Source: Mobula hypostoma (Eukaryota). Taken from it: DNA of 64,000 bases. The stretch lies in contig NC_086097.1 of NCBI RefSeq assembly GCF_963921235.1, positions 126,916,001 through 126,980,000 on the forward strand, given 5' to 3'. This document shows, in pieces, positions 1 through 14,010 of the stretch. The translations under genes and the position numbers were made by a program. The notes under the pieces were generated by a model, which worked only from the letters and a program-made list of their open reading frames with translations, did not search any database and had not been told where the DNA came from. Every line of letters begins with the position of its first letter. Within the stretch, counting starts at the first letter, position 1.

Positions 1-12
1 AGAGAGAGAGAG

Positions 13-49
<37 letters not shown>

Positions 50-62
50 TATATATATATAT
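1..62. repeat. Compound microsatellite (AG)n(AGAT)n(AT)n
   Basis: Directly visible. Confidence 0.95.
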
Positions 63-550
63 GCAGTTGGTTTCGGGCAGACCTTTTGATGTCTTCTGAT
101 CCCGCTGTGGTCACCGACTGTGACCCCTCCGTTCCGGATACGATCGTTCTTCCGTGGTGAACCGGGCACCCGGGCAAGGGCGGACACACACCCCAGGTTC
201 CCGCTGATCGTACCTTTACATCCTGTGAGCCTCTGACCGATTTTTGCAAACCGGTCCTCCAAACTCCCAGCAACTTGTGGGGGCACACTGCTCTTTCCAG
301 GGTCTCATGGCGTGTCTCGTGCCTTAGCAAACCTGCTCTTTTTATCCCCCTACTGGGGTATCACCTGTCCATCAAACTTCAAACAGTTCAGGTTCAAAGC
401 AAACGGTCTGTCAATATCTGAATTGTGCTTCTTTCTCGTTAATCTCTCTCTTCTCTCTTATTAGCATTTTGAATGTTTCTCCATTGTCTTCCGTTATCTC
501 TCTCATTAGCATCATCTGTCCGGTAGCTCTGCTTGGCATCACACATGACA
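1..550. mobile_element. Probable partial LTR, cut by the window start
   Basis: CpG-rich, ends in ...cacacatgaca (TG...CA type end). Architecture resembles the solo LTR at 14866-17257. The other end is not visible. Confidence 0.35.
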
Positions 551-779
551 GTCCATCTGGCTGTCCTTGGAGTTCTGGGCATAATCTTGCCAATTGATGC
601 TCAGATCCCCAGGATTGCAATGTATATACAGTTTAAATTAGCTGTCTCTATTGTCCATTATCTGACAGTGACTTCTGGAGCTGTGACAAGTACATAAGCT
701 GCGGGCATAACCATAACCGGGGCAACACAGTGGCTCAGCTAGATAAATGCTTCCTCACAGATCCAGTGACCTGGCTTTA

Positions 780-3700
780 GAGTCATAGAGAAGTACAGCA
801 CAGAAACAGGCCCTTTGATCCATCTAGTCCGTGACAAAACCATTTAAGCTGCCTGCTCCCATTGACCTGCACTGGGACCATAGCCCTCCATATCCCTACT
901 ATCCATCTACACATCCAAACTTCCCTTAAATGTTGAAGTCAAGCTTGTATGTACCACTTGTGCCGGCAGATCACTCCACACTCTCGTGACCCTTTGAGTG
1001 AAGAAGTTTCCCCTTAAACTTTTCACCTTTCACCCTTAACCCATGACCTCTAGTTTTGTAGTCCCACCCAACCTTAGTGGAAATAGCCAGCTTGCATTAA
1101 TGTTATCTATAGCCCTGATAATTTTGTATACCTCAATCAAATCTCCTTTGAATCTTCTACATTCTAAGGAATGTGTCCTCATATTCAATCTTTCCCTATA
1201 ACTCAGGTCCTCTAGACCTGACAACATCCTTGTAAATTTTCTCTGCATTTTTTATTCCTTGTATGTAGGTGAAGAGAACTGCATACAATACTCCAAATTA
1301 AACCTCATCAATGTCTTCAACATAACATCCCATCTCAACTACTCAATACAAGTTTCAAGTACATTAAAATTAAAGAATGTATAAATTATACAGCCTTGAG
1401 ATTTGCTTGCTCGCATGTAGCCACAAAGCAAGAAACCTGAAAGAACCCAATTTAAAGAAAAATAAATAATAAAAATAAAAGACCAACACTTGATATACAA
1501 GAAAAAGAAAAACAGATCATGCAAACAGTTGAAGTGAACAACAGTGTTCCAAACCAAAAATGAGTCTTCAGATATGAACCCCGGAGTATGCCCATAGCCT
1601 TGCTTATCAGTTCATTATATTAGCGGGCACGGAACACAGCAGCTGGTGCAGTCTTCACAGCCTCAGTGCCAAGGAGATGACCATTGCAGAGAACAAGAAA
1701 AATTGACTCTCAACCCGACCAACACCCTGTCTTTTTAGTCTATCTGAGCCAGCGTTTAAATTGACCAAACAATGGAACAGCAAAAGGCTCCAAGCCCTGG
1801 AGAGAGGAGTGGAGATCACGGAGAACAAGTGAAATCTGCTTTTGCCTCTGATCTGCACGAACGTTTAAATCATCTAAGTAGTGGATCGTACCCTGCACTA
1901 GGACCTGGCCGCTGCGAAAAACTCTGACCTAGATCACGCTGGCCAGCAACTTGATCCGGGCCCAGATTCCATCACCCTTCCTGAAGCTGCTCTCAAGCTC
2001 TTCAAATCAGCTCAGTGCCAAGAGTGATCCAACGTCATTCCCAGTCCAGTTGGATGGGCACCAAATCTCCTCTGCCCGGGCCCCAATATCTCAACTCAGT
2101 GCCCAGAGTGATACAACTTTGCTTTCAGGCCAGCTGTACGGGCATTGGAACTCCATCTGTGATGACTCTGCAACACACCATCTTGGCTCATCCATTGAGC
2201 TTACCCCACCATCGCTTATCCCTTACGTTGTTTGGGGTGATAATTTTAAACCATTTAGCTCAGGAAAGGTATTGTTAGTGATGTTTTTAGTCAGATTTCT
2301 TAGCTTTTTGACTATCAGGAAGCTGTCATACACGTTTGGTTGTGGCACCTAAATCGGAAGTCAGACCCATTGATTTATGAGGGCCAATGAGCCAAAAGCT
2401 TTCTTTATGGCCCTATCTACCTGTGACGCCACTTTCAATGAATTTATGGACTTGTATTCCCAGATCCCTTTGCCCTACCATATCCATCAATTCCCTACCA
2501 TTCCCTGTGTAAGACCTATCAAAGGTCTTTGGTCCACCAAAGTGCAGAACCTCGCACTTGTCTGCATTAAATTCCATTTGCCGTTTTTAAGGCCACTTTT
2601 CCAGCTGTTGCAGATCCCTCTGCAAGCCACAATAGCCTTCCTTGCTGTCTACTACACCCCAGTCTTAGTGTCGTTTGTAAATTTGCTGATCCAGTTAAAC
2701 CACATTGTCATTCAGATCATTGATATAGATGACAAACAGCAATGGACCTGGCACTGATCCCTGAAGCACATCACTAGTCACAAGTCTCCTGTCAGAGAAG
2801 TAACCATCTACTACTACTCTGGCTTCCACAAAGGCAATGTCTAATCCAATTTACTACCTCATCTTGAAACCTGAGCGACTGAACCTTTTTGACCAACCTC
2901 CTATGCAGGACCTTGTCAAGTGCCTTGCTAAGGCCCATGAAGACAGCATCCACTGCCTTGCCTTCATCCACTTTCCTGGTAACTTCCTTGACAAACATGA
3001 TAAGATTGGTTAGACATGAACTACCATGCACTAAGCTATGCTGACTATTCTTAATCAGTCCATGTCTATCCAAATATCTATATAGCTGGTCCCTTAGAAT
3101 ACTTTCCAAAAACATTCCCACTACTGATGTCAGACTCATCTGCCTATAATTTCCTGGTTTATGTTATAGAGTCTATTTCAAACAGCGGACTGACATTAGC
3201 TATCCTCTAATCCTCTGGTACCTCTTCTGGTGCTAAGGATGATTTAAATATCTCTGCTAGGGCCCTAGCAGTTTCTGTACTTGCCTCCAGTAGGGCCAAG
3301 GGAACACCTAGTAGGTCCCTGGGGATTTATCCACACTGATTTGCCACAGGACAGCAAACCCCGTCTCCTCTGTAATTTGTGCGGGGTCCATGAAGTTGAT
3401 GCCACTTTGCCTCACTTCTGTAGACTCTGTGCCCATCTCCTGAGTAAATACAGAAGCATTTCTTGTATTCCGTAAGCATCTCATTTGTTCCTACCTGCCT
3501 GTACCTGCCATGCACCTCCTATTTTCTGTTAACCGGGGCTTCAATATCTCTTGAAAACCAAAATTCCCTACACTTGTCATCTTTACCTTTTATTCTGACA
3601 GGCACATACAAGCTTTGTACTCTCAAAATTTTGCTTTGGAAGGCCTTCCACTTATCAAATACACCTTTGCCAGATAACAGCCTGTCCCAGTCTACACTTG

Positions 3701-3990
3701 TCAGATCATTTCTGATACCATCAGAATTGGCCTTTCTCCAACTTAGAATCTCAACCTGCAGACCAGACCGTTTTTATGCACATTTATTCTGATCTAATGG
3801 CATTATAGTCTCAAGATGTGCAGGGGAACACTTTGCAAACTTCTGTCACCTGCCCTGTCTCATTCTCTAATAGCAGGTCTAGTATTGTATGCTCTCTCAT
3901 TATGACCTCTACGTAGAATGAAGGAACTTTCCTGAACAAATTTGACAAACTCCCTCCCATTTAGTCCTTTTACATTGTGAAATTCCCAGT
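780..3990 (-). mobile_element. Decayed CR1/HER1-like LINE (3' end plus RT), interrupted at about 1350-2375
   Basis: Minus-strand peptides QRKFTRMLSGLEDLSYRERL...GDLIEVYKI and SLTSVVGMFLESILRD...SCLTNL, typical of CR1 ORF2. Confidence 0.85.
1350..2375 (-). mobile_element. Non-autonomous SINE-like element nested in CR1
   Basis: Its terminal block (aagtacatt...ccttgagattt...tagccacaaagcaagaaacctgaaagaacc) recurs at about 5920-6230 and, reverse-complemented, at about 58700-59010. Confidence 0.55.
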
Positions 3991-4679
3991 CAATATGTGG
4001 AAAATTAAAATCACTCACTATAACAACCTCATGTTTCTTGCAACAGTCTGTGTAATCTCTTTACAAATTTGTTCCTGTACATCCCATGGAGTGGGTTGCC
4101 AGGAGTAGTAGTGGAACGAGGCAGTTTCATGGATTTTCAGATGCTTTTTAGATAGTTTAAAATGAAGGTTTGGAGGGATATGGATGATACACAGGAGGAG
4201 GACCTTTCATGTAAATTGAAATCAACATGGGCACAGTGTGGGCTGAATGGTCTGCCCAGTGCCATTATGTGCTGTGTAATTGAGTGCCTGATGGTCAGCA
4301 AATCTCGTTGGTCCCACGGGTGCATTTCCGTGCTGTTTCACTCTGATTCTGACCTGATAAACACTTGTGCCATTGAGTCAACAAAGAGCATGTTTATTCA
4401 TATTCCTTCCTTATCATGAATTGTGAGTTTTGATCTTACTGGAGACCTCAAGGATGAATTAAAGTTCAATCCCCACTCAAGCAATCCATGATGTCATATA
4501 CTTTAATTTTGCAGTAAAAGGTATCCTGAGCTTTGAAGGAATTCAGCCATCCACATTTGAGGCTGAACAAGTAAGTGTAAGGAACCCACACATGCAAATG
4601 ACTTAGTTTTGCTCTGGCAGCATATTGAACATTATTGTCATGAGTACATTTTACGGAACATATTCTCTAGTCTTTTATT

Positions 4680-6975
4680 AGTGAGGGGACAATGGTGAAT
4701 GCCGAACTTTAATAGATAAACAGTAGCCTTGCATATGGCTAGATTGTCCAAATGTTCCAGAGCAGAGCAGAGAGCCAGTGAGATTGTGTCTGTTGTAGAC
4801 TAGTTGTGGTAGCAATGGGTTTAGGTCCTTGTTCAGGCAAGAGTTAATTCTAGCCATAACCAACCTCCTGAATTTCTTCATTAGAGTAGATGTGATCAAG
4901 CAATAGTCATTGAGGCAACCTGTCCTGCTCTTAGGCACTGGAACGATTACTGCCCTTTTGAAACAGGTAGAAACCTCCGAATGTAATGGTGAAAATTTGA
5001 AGATGTCCTTGAATACTTTAGCCATTTGGTTGGCAGAGGTTTTCAGTGCTCAGCCAGGTACACTCTCGGGGTCTGATGTCTTGAGTGGGTTTACTCTCTC
5101 GAAGGATGCTCAGACAGCAGCCTCCAAGATGGAGATCATACAGTTGCTGGGGTAGTGTTTTTCTCCTTTCACAGCATGCATAAAAGGCATTGAGTCCTGA
5201 TGAAGGGTTTTGGCCTGTAACGTCAACTTCTTATTCCTTTCTGTGGATGCTGGCTGCCCCGCTGAGTTCATCCAGCTTTTTGTGTGTATTACTCTGGATT
5301 TCCAGCATCTGCAGAATCTCCGGTGTTCATAAAAGGCATTGAGCTTGTCAGATTTCTGTTGTCGGATTTCACTTTATAGGAAGTAAGAGCATACAAACCC
5401 TACCACAGTTGTCGTGCAGCAGATTCTGTCCCTAGCTTCATTTGGAATTGTCTTTTCACTCTCACGGTAGCCTTCTGGAGGTTGCACCTATTTGTAAGAT
5501 TCTGGATCGCTGAACTTGAAAGCTGCAGAAGTACCCCCCAGCAGATTCCAAATCTCCTGTTTCATCCAAGGATTCTGATTTGGGAATATTTGACATGTTC
5601 TCAAAGGCACACACCCATCCATAGAGGTCTTGATTAAGTTTGGTGATGACTGTGGCATATTCATTGGGATCTGAAGATGTCTCCCTGAATGAGGTCAAGT
5701 CTGCAGATTCAAAGCAGTCTTACAAATGCTCCTCCAGCTCTCTTGTATCTCTTGGTCCTCAGTCTTATAGAATAGTACAGTGTAGTTGGTCCTTCGGCCC
5801 ACTCTTACCTATATGCTGGGAGTATAAGTGCAGTCAGGTGATTGGACTTGCCAAAGTTTTGGTGTGGAATGACTTAGTACGCATTGTTGATGGTGGTGTA
5901 GTAATAATTAAGTATCAAAGATGCAAAGTACATTAAATAGCAAAGAATGTATAAATTATGCAACCTTGAGATTTATTTGCTTACAGGTAGCCACAAAGCA
6001 AGAAACCTGAAAGAACCTAATTAAAGAAAAAAATTAAAAGACCAACACCTGATGTGTAAGAGAAAGGGAAAAAGAAACACAATTGAAATGAACAACAACA
6101 TTTTGAATCAAACTGAGTCCTCAGATCTGATCTCTGGAGCAGCCTGGAATAGGCCCAAAGCCTGGCTTACAAGTTCATCATATTAGTGGGCATGGAGCAC
6201 AGCAGCTGGGGCAGTCCCCATAGCCTCAGCACCATGCAGAGAGGAGTGACGATCACAAGTATGTTGGCTCCTCTGGTTCTGTGGTTGATGTGTTGGTGGA
6301 AGATTTTTTGGGGACTTCATTCTGGCCTGATTGAAGTCGTCCCCTCCCCCACCTGCAAAGATTGGAGAGACATGAGGGTGTGCTATCATATAACTGTTGA
6401 TTGCGGTGCTCTGTGCTGATGTTTGACAGGGATGGCATGTATACCACTACCCATGTTGCAGTGGAGAACTTTGTCAGGAAATCCAAATCGAAGGAACAGG
6501 GGTTAGGCAGAATTGCCACATCTGTCCACCATGCATTAATCATGAAGCAATGGCCTCTGTCAGTGCCTTTATTCAATGCCGCCCTCCAGTCTATGTGGTG
6601 GATACTGAAGCCCTGAGGCTAGAGTGCTGTGTCAGGGATGAGCCATGTCTCTGGGAAGCAGAGTATAATGCAGTCCATGATTTTCCTCTGGTACTACAGT
6701 CTTGCTGAGGTCTTCAATTTTATTTTCCAGAGACATCACATTAGCTAGGAGGATAATGGTGAAGGGGACCCTGCACTTCAATTTCAGCTGGAGTTCTTCC
6801 TGGCAGCTATGATTTCTGAGACAATGACGATGTCCCCTGAGCTTCCAGCAGCTGCATTCACTTCCTGGGTGGTCTAGAGTTCTAGGTCTTTTGATTCTGA
6901 AGATTTAGAAAAGTTGAAGCAGGGTTACTTAGTGTAGTCTGTGTGGCTAAAGACTTCTGCTGTAGTAGTTATAAA
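4680..6975 (-). mobile_element. Decayed Rex1-like LINE with nested insertions
   Basis: CFKRAVIVPVPK...CLNDYC and GHCFMINAWW...SFDLDFL motifs on the minus strand. Confidence 0.75.
5195..5327 (+). mobile_element. Penelope-derived mini-element (hammerhead motif plus tail) with a 16-bp TSD
   Basis: Perfect direct repeat cataaaaggcattgag at 5179-5194 and 5328-5343. The insert begins at tcCTGATGAagg and ends ...ccagcatctgcagaatctccggtgtt. Confidence 0.85.
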
Positions 6976-6983
6976 CGGGAATA

Positions 6984-7754
6984 CAGTGGAATCCGGTTAA
7001 TTAGGTCATCCATTAATCAGGCAGCCACTTCTTTGGAACAATTCTTAAAGAACAAAAACTAATTAAGAAAATTGCCGAGATTCACTTTGTTTATTTGGGA
7101 TACTTTGCTGCTTAATTGGGGCAGGAAACTTGCTGAACAGGATCCAACTAACGTCACTCGGTGTGGCCGTTAGATGCTACACGGTGCTTAGAATAAACAG
7201 TTTTTTAGTAGTGTCAGTTGCATATGTTCATGTCCATAAAACAGTGATTTTGTTCACTGATAGTTGATGAGAAGTTAGCTTTAAGAAAATTCCGAACTGT
7301 TTTGCTTACCGTGGTTTCAAGCATTCAGGCTTGAAGATGCCAGAATCAATCAGGATTGAAAAATGAAACAATTTCACTACTTCAACAAGTTAGGAGCTAT
7401 GAAAAATTTGAAGGTATGGACAATCAACTTGAATATTAAAATGAAAATGAAGATATGAAAGATACAATCATCAGTAGCATGAAGGCAGTCTATTATCTGC
7501 ACTGGGTGTCTGCGCCGATTTTCTTCATTGTGTACACTGGATGAATTCCTCTGTTGATAACTATTAGGAAGTATTCATAGTTTTACAGTACTGTGGTACC
7601 ATTAGTAGTGTACTTATTTGATCAGTATTTCATTTAAATACGTAATTTGTTACTCATTTTGTCTTTATACCTTTTCAACTACTTTCATGGGGCTTCAGCT
7701 AATCAGGCCAAAAAGCATTGGTCCTGATTTATCCCAATTAACTTGAATCCACTA
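6984..7754. mobile_element. Tigger/pogo-like non-autonomous DNA transposon
   Basis: TA-cagtggaatccggttaatt ... aattaacttgaatccacta-TA imperfect TIRs. Confidence 0.7.
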
Positions 7755-8529
7755 TATTTGATGATTCCCCCAGGAGCTGCCCACAAAAACTCACCCCTCT
7801 CCAGTGCCATTTTTTTGTGAGAAATTCTCTTTATAAAGTGAACAGTGGTTTTCCGAAAGAGATCTAAGGTAAGAGTACAGGGTTCTGATTGTGGCAACAA
7901 TGATTTCAATGCACACTGGTGATCTCTCCAATAATTGTCCATGATGTGGAGCAGATTAGAATGTTATCTTGATTGAATCCAGACTAGAATATTGGGACCA
8001 TTTGCCCACTAATGGATAATTATTAGGAGTCCAAGTGGGAGTGGCAGGGAATGCCATTCTTAGGGTGACATTTAAGTATATTGCTGGAAGGAGTAGCACC
8101 CAAAGAATGATTGGTTACAGGCAAATAAAATCTCCTCAGGCTTCCAGCCAGGTAAAAATATGAATTTTAACTGACATTTCAATGACAAACTCTGCCATCT
8201 TCATCAGGGATGATACCTGGGCATATCTAATCCGTTGGTATTTATACCCTCATCGTCTGTCCCTGCTGGTGGGTTGGTCCGCATCCAATCAGGTTTCTGC
8301 TGTCCCACCTTATTTACAATCGAATTCCAGTTCTTACTTAGAGCGAGGCCTTCGTTCTTGTTAAGATTTCCTTCCAAATTGCTCTGTGATTTGGAAATCT
8401 ATTGCTAGTTCTTTGTTAACATTGGGTTTAGATTCTGGAATTTCCTACCCCACAGCATGTGGAAGTATCACTGTCAGGCCAGCAGTGGTTCAAGAAGGTG
8501 GATCATCAATATTGATGATGGTGAGGACA

Positions 8530-10127
8530 ATATGAGTGAGGTTGATGTTCTGGAGCATGTTGATATTAAGGGAGAGGAGGTGTTGGAGTTTCTAAAATAC
8601 ATTAGGACCGATAAGTCCCCGGGGCCTGACGGAATATTCCCCAGGCTGCTCCACGAGGTGAGGGAAGAGATTGCTGAGCCTTTCGCTAGGATCTTTATGT
8701 CCTGGTTGTCCACAGGAATGGTACCAGAGGATTGGAGGGAGGTGACTGTTGTCCCCTTGTTCAAAAAAGGTAGTAGGGATAGTCTGGGTAATTATAGACC
8801 AGTGAGCCTTACGTCTGTGGTGGGAAAGCTGTTGGAAAAGATTCTTAGAGATCGGATCCATGGGCGTTTAGAGAATCATGGTCTGATCAGGGACAGTCAG
8901 CATGGCTTTGTGAAGGGCAGATCATGTCTAACAAGCCTGATAGACTCCTTTGAGGAGGTGACCAGGCATATAGATGAGGGTAGTGCAGTGGATGTGATCT
9001 ACATGGATTTTCGTAAGGCATTTGACAAGGTTCCAAATGGTAGGCTTTATCAGAAAGTCAGAAGGCATAGGATCCAGGGAAGTTTGGCCAGGTGGATTCA
9101 GAATTGGCTTGCCTGCAGAAAGCAGAGGGAGTACATTCTGATTGGAGGGTTGTGACTAGTGGTGTCCCACAAAGATCGGTTCTGGGGCTGCTACTTTTCA
9201 TGACTTTTATTAACGACCTGGATGTAGGGTTAGAAGGGTGGATTGGCAAGTTTGCAGACGACACAAAGGTTGGTGGTGTTGTGGATAGTGTAGAGGATTG
9301 TCGAAGATTGCAGGGAGACATTGATAGGATGCAGAAGTGGGCTGAGAAGTGGCGGATGGAGTTCAACCCGGAGAAGTGAGAGGTGGTACACTTTAGAAGG
9401 ACAAACTCCAAGGCAGAGTACAAAGTAAATGGCAGGATACTTGGTAGTGTGGAGGAGCAGAGGGATCTGGGAGTACATGTCCATAGATCCCTGAAAGTTG
9501 CCTCACAGGTAGAAGAAAGCTTATGGGGTGTTAGCTTTCATAAGTCAAGGGATAGAGTTTAAGAGTCACGATGTAATGATGCAGCTCTATAAAACTCTGG
9601 TTAGGCCACACTTGGAGTACTGTGTCCAGTTCTGGTTGCCTCACTATAGGAAGGATGTGGAAGCATTGAAAAGGGTACAGAGGAGATTTACCAGGATGTT
9701 GCCTGGTTTAGAGAGTATGCATTATGATCAGAGATTAAGGGAGCTAGGGCTTTACTCTTTGGAGAGAAGGAGGATGAGAAGAGACATGATAGAGGTATAC
9801 AAAATATTAAGAGGAATAGATAGAGTGGACAGCCAGCACCTCTTCCCCAGGGCACCATTGCTCAGTAAAAGAGGACATGGCTTTAAGGTAAGGGGTGGGA
9901 AGTTCAAGGGGGATATTAGAGGAAGGTTTTTCACTCAGAGAGTGGTTGGTGCATGCACTGCCTGAGTCAGTGGTGGAGGCAGATACACTAGTGAAATTTA
10001 AGAGACTACTAGACAGGTATATGGAGGAATTTAAGTTGGGAGGTTATATGGGAGGCAGGGTTTAAGGGTCAGCACAACATTGTGGGCCGAAGGGCCTGTA
10101 CTGTGCTAAACTATTCGATGTTCTATC
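8530..10127 (+). mobile_element. 5'-truncated CR1/HER1-like LINE, relatively young (RT pseudogene)
   Basis: KSPGPDGI, NYRPVSLTSVVGK, SGVPQRSVLG, KFADDTK and LVRPHLEYCVQFW in three successive ORFs with frameshifts; 3' tail with ttctat-type repeat. Confidence 0.95.
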
Positions 10128-10309
10128 ATCTGAAGGGCAATAAACACCAGTAAGCCCTATAATACCATGGTGAATAAACAGCAGCAATCACTGTACCTGT
10201 AAGATAAATAAACAGTTACCCAGATTAATTTAGGACTAGAAAACTTTTGAGTTTGGGTATTTGATCCTCCACAGTATCCTCCACCTCCTCCACAGTGGAG
10301 GTGGTAGTG

Positions 10310-10451
10310 TTTTTTTAACAAAGTGGAGTTGCGAGCTCGACATCAACCCGGCACGGATGGAGAGCGAGCTAGGGAGCGGTTTGTCACTGGATCGAACTCG
10401 GGAACCTCCGTTCTTGAGCCCGGCGCTGATTTCACTGTGCCACCAGCCGAC
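10310..10451 (-). mobile_element. tRNA-derived SINE
   Basis: Minus strand shows A box tggcacagtga, B box gagttcgatcc and an A-rich end; CpGs retained. Confidence 0.7.
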
Positions 10452-10603
10452 CTTGGATAAAATGGCAATGCGTTCTATTTTCCAAAACTATAAACATCCT
10501 TAAGCAGGTATCTTGCATTTGAACAGCAGAAATCATTTTCATTGGTGAGTACTCTTCACTTGTTTGGTTCACGGTGATGCTCTCTGTAACTTTTATTAAA
10601 CAG

Positions 10604-10681
10604 ATAGAAATACAGAAGCTTAGACTCTACTGTGACCCAGAGCAAAGTGATCGGGAGACAGCATGTGAAATCCCTTCTGTG
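10604..10681 (+). CDS. COL21A1: Collagen XXI-like exon, end of the TSPN/LamG domain (IEIQKLRLYCDPEQSDRETACEIPSV)
   Basis: ttttattaaacag| acceptor and |gtgagt donor; 78 bp, phase 0. The peptide closely resembles the recalled COL21A1 segment QKLRIYCDPEQNNRETACEIP. Orthology versus paralogy is not established. Confidence 0.9.
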
Positions 10682-13158
10682 GTGAGTAAACAGAGTGTCT
10701 AAACCTTGGATACAAACTGAGGCAGTCTGTCAAGCTGACTTTTGTATATTGAAAATTTTGTGACTAATAATTCTGCAAAAAACTTTTTTTTGCTGGAAAG
10801 GAGAGTTACTTTAAAGTTACAATGAATTGATCCACTTGGTGTCATGATCTCAAGATGTTAGCTTGGGAACATGTTGGAGAGGTATATGTCATGTGACAAC
10901 TGCAGGTGAACATCTAACCTGGCATTCCTTTCCAGTTATCACACAGACTGTAATCTGTACATTTTATGTTAAAATAACAGAGCAAGATTATTTTCAAAGC
11001 TATGACTTTGAAGAGAAACTGAAATAAAGGCGATTTTTTTACTCTTAACCATGGATGCGACTTACATAATTTGATTTCAGTTTTCGTTCATTAATCTGAA
11101 ACATTTCACCTTTTCTTGCATTGCTTATTTTCACCTCCTAGTATCTGGCCAATGTTATAACTGGATTTACTTGCTGTGACATGTTAACATCTCTCCTTAT
11201 CAGGTCTGAAAAGTTTGTCTGCAATTTGTGCCAAGGGGCCAATCTGTAACCCAGATTGAAATTATAGTGGACTGAAACTATATGACTGAAAGCCATATGT
11301 CTTTGCAGCTTCTGTAGCGGAATTAACATGTTTCACTTCTTTCCCTCTTAATGATTTCCCTTTTACCTGATCTTCACCCTGTCTCTGAGTTGATGAATAA
11401 AAAAGAGAAGGCATGTGATGCAGGACTTTAAGGAAAGTCTCAGTACTAGAGGATGTGCAATTAAGGGAAAGTTTTTTTTACACAGGGAAATGCATGAAGG
11501 AATGACAGTTTAACTCTGTTAATTTCTTACCATGTTTGAACAGACCTCTGAGCATAAATTGGTTATTGATGATCAACATACATAGCACTCTGGTTAAGCT
11601 TCCAAGGCAGTTTTAGTCTGTCAGACCCTCAGTAGTTTTAGCCACAATCACATTAAGCAAAAATTATATCCTAGACGAAAGATCAAAAATTAAACAAATG
11701 AGGTGAGAAAATTGTTTTCTTTTATCACTAAGTGTGAGCAGATGCGTTCATCAGTTCATGCATTCATTTCTACAGACTGCATTATGTAAAAGATTTAAAA
11801 AAATAAGGGTGGCCAAATCACACAGATGTTGAGTGTTCAGCAGCCAAAAGCAAATGTTTCTCCAGAAATTTAGTTATTTATTAAGATTGTGCAGTTGTTA
11901 GGTTAGTCTAATATCAAGGCTTAAGAATATTCAGAAGTTCCTGCTGTCTCCTCCGAGGTATACAGGTGTTCTAATTAAGATGATCCTCATTTTGGTGGTA
12001 TGCATTTGGCAGGCACAATGTACTATTAAAATAAACTAGCAGGTAAACTATTAAAAGATACTTTTATTTAATTTGCTCTTTGTCAATGCAATTTTGGTGC
12101 CATTTAATTGAAATATAATTGCACCATTATTGTTCAAACAGAAAAAGCTGAAACCAGAACTACAGTGATAGACCATCAAATGAGTCATAACAGCTTAATG
12201 GTAACAGTATTTTGCACTTGTAACCAGAGAAGCACGATCCAATTGTTTTTTAAAGGGGCCAACTCATTGAATAAAGACCAAAGACTGTGTGGCATTTGAT
12301 AATGGACCCCAGTTGAACTTGGATAACAATTAGAGAATGTTGTAATTGCATTCTTCCTCAACTAATTAAAACACTTCACAAATGACAAATCTTTACAATG
12401 CCACTTGTAGAGAAATTTCAGGTGAAATAAGGTGGTAAAGATAAAAATTCCCAATTGACGCAAGAATGAAAAGTAAATCATGGGTAACAAGTAAACATCT
12501 TTTGAAAACTTAAAATATGCTTTGCGTTTTTCCGTCTCTTCTTTTAATTTTTGGATAGTATTTAGGTTCTATGACTAACCCAAAAAAATATTTAACCTGG
12601 CTGGTGAGTCCAATCCTGGCTGGCTTTGGAGAGAGGCCCAAGGAGGCTCACGAGAATGATCCTTGGAATGAAGGGTTAACATGAGGAGAAAATGATGGCT
12701 CTGGGCCTGTGCTCGTTGGAGTTTAGGAAAATGAGGGGGGGATCTTATTAAAACCTATCGAATATTGATAGGCATAGATAGAGTGGATGTAGAGCTAATG
12801 TTTCCTATAGTGGGGGAGTCTAGGCACAGCCTCAGAATAGAGGCAAACAACAGGAATTCTGCAGATGCTGGAAATTCAAGCAACACACATCAAAGTTGCT
12901 GGTGAACGCAGCAGGCCAAGCAGCATCTATAGGAAGAGGTGCAGTCGACGTTTCAGGCCGAGACCCTTCGTCAGGACAAACTGAAGGAAGAGTGAGTAAG
13001 GGATTTGAAAGCTGGAGGGGAAGGGGGAGATGCAAAATGATAGGAGAAGACAGGAGGGGGAGGGATAGAGCCGAGAGCTGGACAGGTGATAGGCAAAAGG
13101 GGATACGAGAGGATCATGGGACAGGAGGTCCGGGAAGAAAGACGGGGGGGGGGGTGAC

Positions 13159-13719
13159 CGTAACTTCCGCCACCTCCAACGGGATCCCACCACTAAGCAC
13201 ATCTTTCCCTCCCCCCCTCTCTCTGCATTCCGCAGGGATCGCTCCCTACACAACTCCCTTGTCCATTCGTCCCCCCCATCCCTCCCCACTGATCTCCCTC
13301 CTGGCACTTATCCGTGTAAGCGGAACAAGTGCTACACATGCCCTTACACTTCCTCCCTTACCACCATTCAGGGCCCCAAACAGTCCTTCCAGGTGAGGCA
13401 TCACTTCACCTGTGAGTCGACTGGGGTGATATACTGCGTCCGGTGCTCCCGATGTGGCCTTTTATATATTGGTGAGACCCGACGCAGACTGGGAGACCGC
13501 TTTGCTGAACATCTACGCTCTGTCCGCCAGAGAAAGCAGGATCTCCCAGTGGCCACACATTTTAATTCCACATCCCATTCCCATTCTGACATGTCTATCC
13601 ACGGCCTCCTCTACTGTAAAGATGAAGCCACACTCAGGTTGGAGGAACAACACCTTATATTCCGTCTGGGTAGCCTCCAACCTGATGGCATGAACATTGA
13701 CTTCTCTAACTTCCGCTAG
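13159..13719 (+). pseudogene. Open, 5'-truncated Penelope GIY-YIG endonuclease frame with Cys-rich linker
   Basis: ...CKRNKCYTC...GVIYCVRCSRCGLLYIGETRRRLGDRFAEH...VATHF...EEQHLIFRLGSLQPDGMN; no stop codon in the frame, but no RT. Confidence 0.9.
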
Positions 13720-14010
13720 GCCCCACCTCCTCCTCGTACCCCATCTGTTACTCATTTTTATGCACACATTCTTTCTCTCACTCTCCTTTTTCTCCCTCTG
13801 TCCCTCTGAATATACCTCTTGCCCATCCTCTGGGTCACCCCCCCCCGTCTTTCTTCCCGGACCTCCTGTCCCATGATCCTCTCGTATCCCCTTTTGCCTA
13901 TCACCTGTCCAGCTCTCGGCTCTATCCCTCCCCCTCCTGTCTTCTCCTATCATTTTGCATCTCCCCCTCCCCCTCCAGCTTTCAAATCCCTTACTCACTC
14001 TTCCTTCAGT

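Noticed and set aside
10310..10451. Functional tRNA gene
   Set aside because: It has A/B boxes but no convincing cloverleaf, and continues into a SINE-like body and A-tail.
1..10603. Upstream vWA/TSPN exons of the collagen gene
   Set aside because: I found no convincing splice-bounded match by eye; they probably lie outside the window, though a small exon could have been missed.
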